A stretch of DNA of 64,000 nucleotides, taken from Lingula anatina (taxonomy: Eukaryota > Animalia > Brachiopoda). The translations under genes were made by a program, and so were the position numbers. Position 1 is the first letter of the stretch, and the number at the start of each line of letters is the position of its first letter. The notes beneath the pieces were generated by a model. That model did no database searches and was not told where the DNA came from. It was given only the letters and a program-made list of their open reading frames with translations. Location of the stretch: contig CM120640.1 of the NCBI GenBank assembly GCA_051362555.1, forward strand, positions 27,304,503 through 27,368,502. The letters run 5' to 3'. This document shows positions 62,466 through 64,000 of the stretch, in pieces.

Positions 62466-62585
62466 ACTAAAAGCTGTAAGGCGGTACTTAACTTTCGTGC
62501 GCTCAGCTGACAGCAATTTAGCATGAACCCCCAGGGAGTTAGGTCGATCCAGATGGATCGATCTAAATCTGTGGGAACCTAGTCA
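62345..62585 (+). mobile_element. MITE family X, copy 3, full length, with internal poly-C expansion (62432-62465)
   Basis: TIRs GACTGCATTCCCACAGATTTTAGATCCATC / GATCGATCTAAATCTGTGGGAACCTAGTC. Internal sequence matches copies 1 and 2. Confidence 0.88.
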
Positions 62586-64000
62586 TAGACCAAAATAAAA
62601 CCTCTCTTGGAAATGCCTAGATTCAATACTGATTTTGGGTGTAGAAATGTGTAAAAACTAGATATGATCTGGAACTACAATGGCTGCAAAAGATTTGCAT
62701 AGACTTCACAAGCATTTGACAAAATGCTTATATAACATTCAGAATCTCATCATGGAAATTCATTTTGAGGGCCGATTTAAGTTGAAAGTCCCTTGATCTT
62801 ATATTTAACAATGACATTTTAATATCTTATAAATAAATAAATAAATAAAACATTGATTTATATTCAACTGATCAACTTAAACTTCCTTAAAGAGATATGG
62901 TGCTGATGGATTTTACAAAATTAAACTGCATTTCAGAGTACAAATGACCAAAATAAATTCTCAATTGGCAACCTCCACTTAAAGATGCAGGAGATACACC
63001 CAACAGGTGCTGGTGTTCAACACATGGCAACTATATATACCAATTTGTAAAAGCTTGCATTGTTTTCAATGCATGAAATTAAAATGAACTGGTGCACTGG
63101 GACTGCTGCATTGATGAATCTCATTTATATAGTGCACAACTAATAACCAGAACGTGCTGCTCTGACGAAGTATTTTCATAAAGGTTAAAATTCACAATTT
63201 CTGTATTATCCACAGGAGAGTTTATCAGTTGTTAATTATCCGTTATTAAGAATAGTGGTTTTGCCCAGATATCCAGTAAAATGTAAATCAATCTCAAGCA
63301 ACTTTTCACGTTGTTACAAGGTTACATTTTCTAGTTGTTGCTTTGTCTATGTGTCTGAACAAGTTAGCTCAAGAAGATCATTGCAAATTGTGGTTAAAAG
63401 TTCAGGATAGAAAGTTATTTAGCAGGGAAAAAACTGATTGCAATTTCAACTGAATCTGTGTCTCAATTTTTTTTTTAGTTTTTTTTTCTCATTTTTTTCT
63501 TTGCAGAGACCTGCTCTCTTGTTAGCTGCTCTCTTCTAGTTGTTAATGTGTCTTGTGTAGCAAGAAGAAAATAGGAATACAAGTATGAAATAACACAATC
63601 GTGAAGGATGCTAGTTTAAAAATTCGACATAGATATTGGTCAGCTAAGACTAATGTACAAACCTTTAACACATGGTCACAAAATACAGATCTATAAAAAG
63701 TTTGAACCTATATTATACCATAGTAGCTTCAATTTCTCTATATTCATACAATGCTTGTCTGCAAAGCTAAGATCCATCTCCTAAGAATATGTTTAAACAT
63801 TTTGACAAACTGCTATCATATCAAAATCAACAGCAGTTAAAACAATCTCACATAAATTTGCAATCAATCAGAAATAAAAGCAGACAAAAGCAGATAGCTT
63901 GAGACTTAAAAACTGCTAAAATATCGTTCTAGTATCCCATAAATCTATACATCTCTTGAAGCCGGCGAGTGGTTGTTTTCTGGACTTGATGTGTGGTTCA

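Noticed and set aside
62341-62590. 8-bp direct repeat TCATAGAC flanking MITE X copy 3 as a hAT TSD
   Set aside because: It overlaps the GACT/AGTC TIR ends shared with other copies, so the superfamily cannot be assigned from it.
63949-64000. GC-richer segment at the window end as the next syntaxin exon
   Set aside because: No frame matches the expected KHSAIL..P.PDE sequence and the donor is weak.

Overview
AT-rich, intron-rich animal genomic DNA (invertebrate; lophotrochozoan/mollusc-like is an inference). I assembled gene models by hand from GT-AG sites and phase continuity. In order: (1) 5' part of a serotonin transporter (SLC6A4/SERT, minus strand) with an unusually long N-terminus; (2,3) two tandem three-exon genes that the ORF track fragments, each encoding a signal-peptide-less single-pass membrane protein with an acidic tail, an NxxF motif and a C-terminal class I PDZ ligand (DSEV, ETAV); (4) complete WSB1 (minus, 8 exons, 408 aa) with a candidate alternative first exon; (5) complete p70 S6 kinase (plus, 16 exons, 492 aa) head-to-head with WSB1; (6) 3' part of syntaxin-1 (minus) with a tandem-duplicated, mutually exclusive 109-nt Habc exon pair and at least two alternative transmembrane exons. 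Non-coding space holds several MITEs (hAT-type with 8-bp TSD, Harbinger-type with TAA TSD, foldback elements sharing a core), a Rex1/Babar-like LINE remnant, a Tc1/mariner remnant that has captured nearby host DNA, and microsatellites. No database searches were run; novelty claims are untested.
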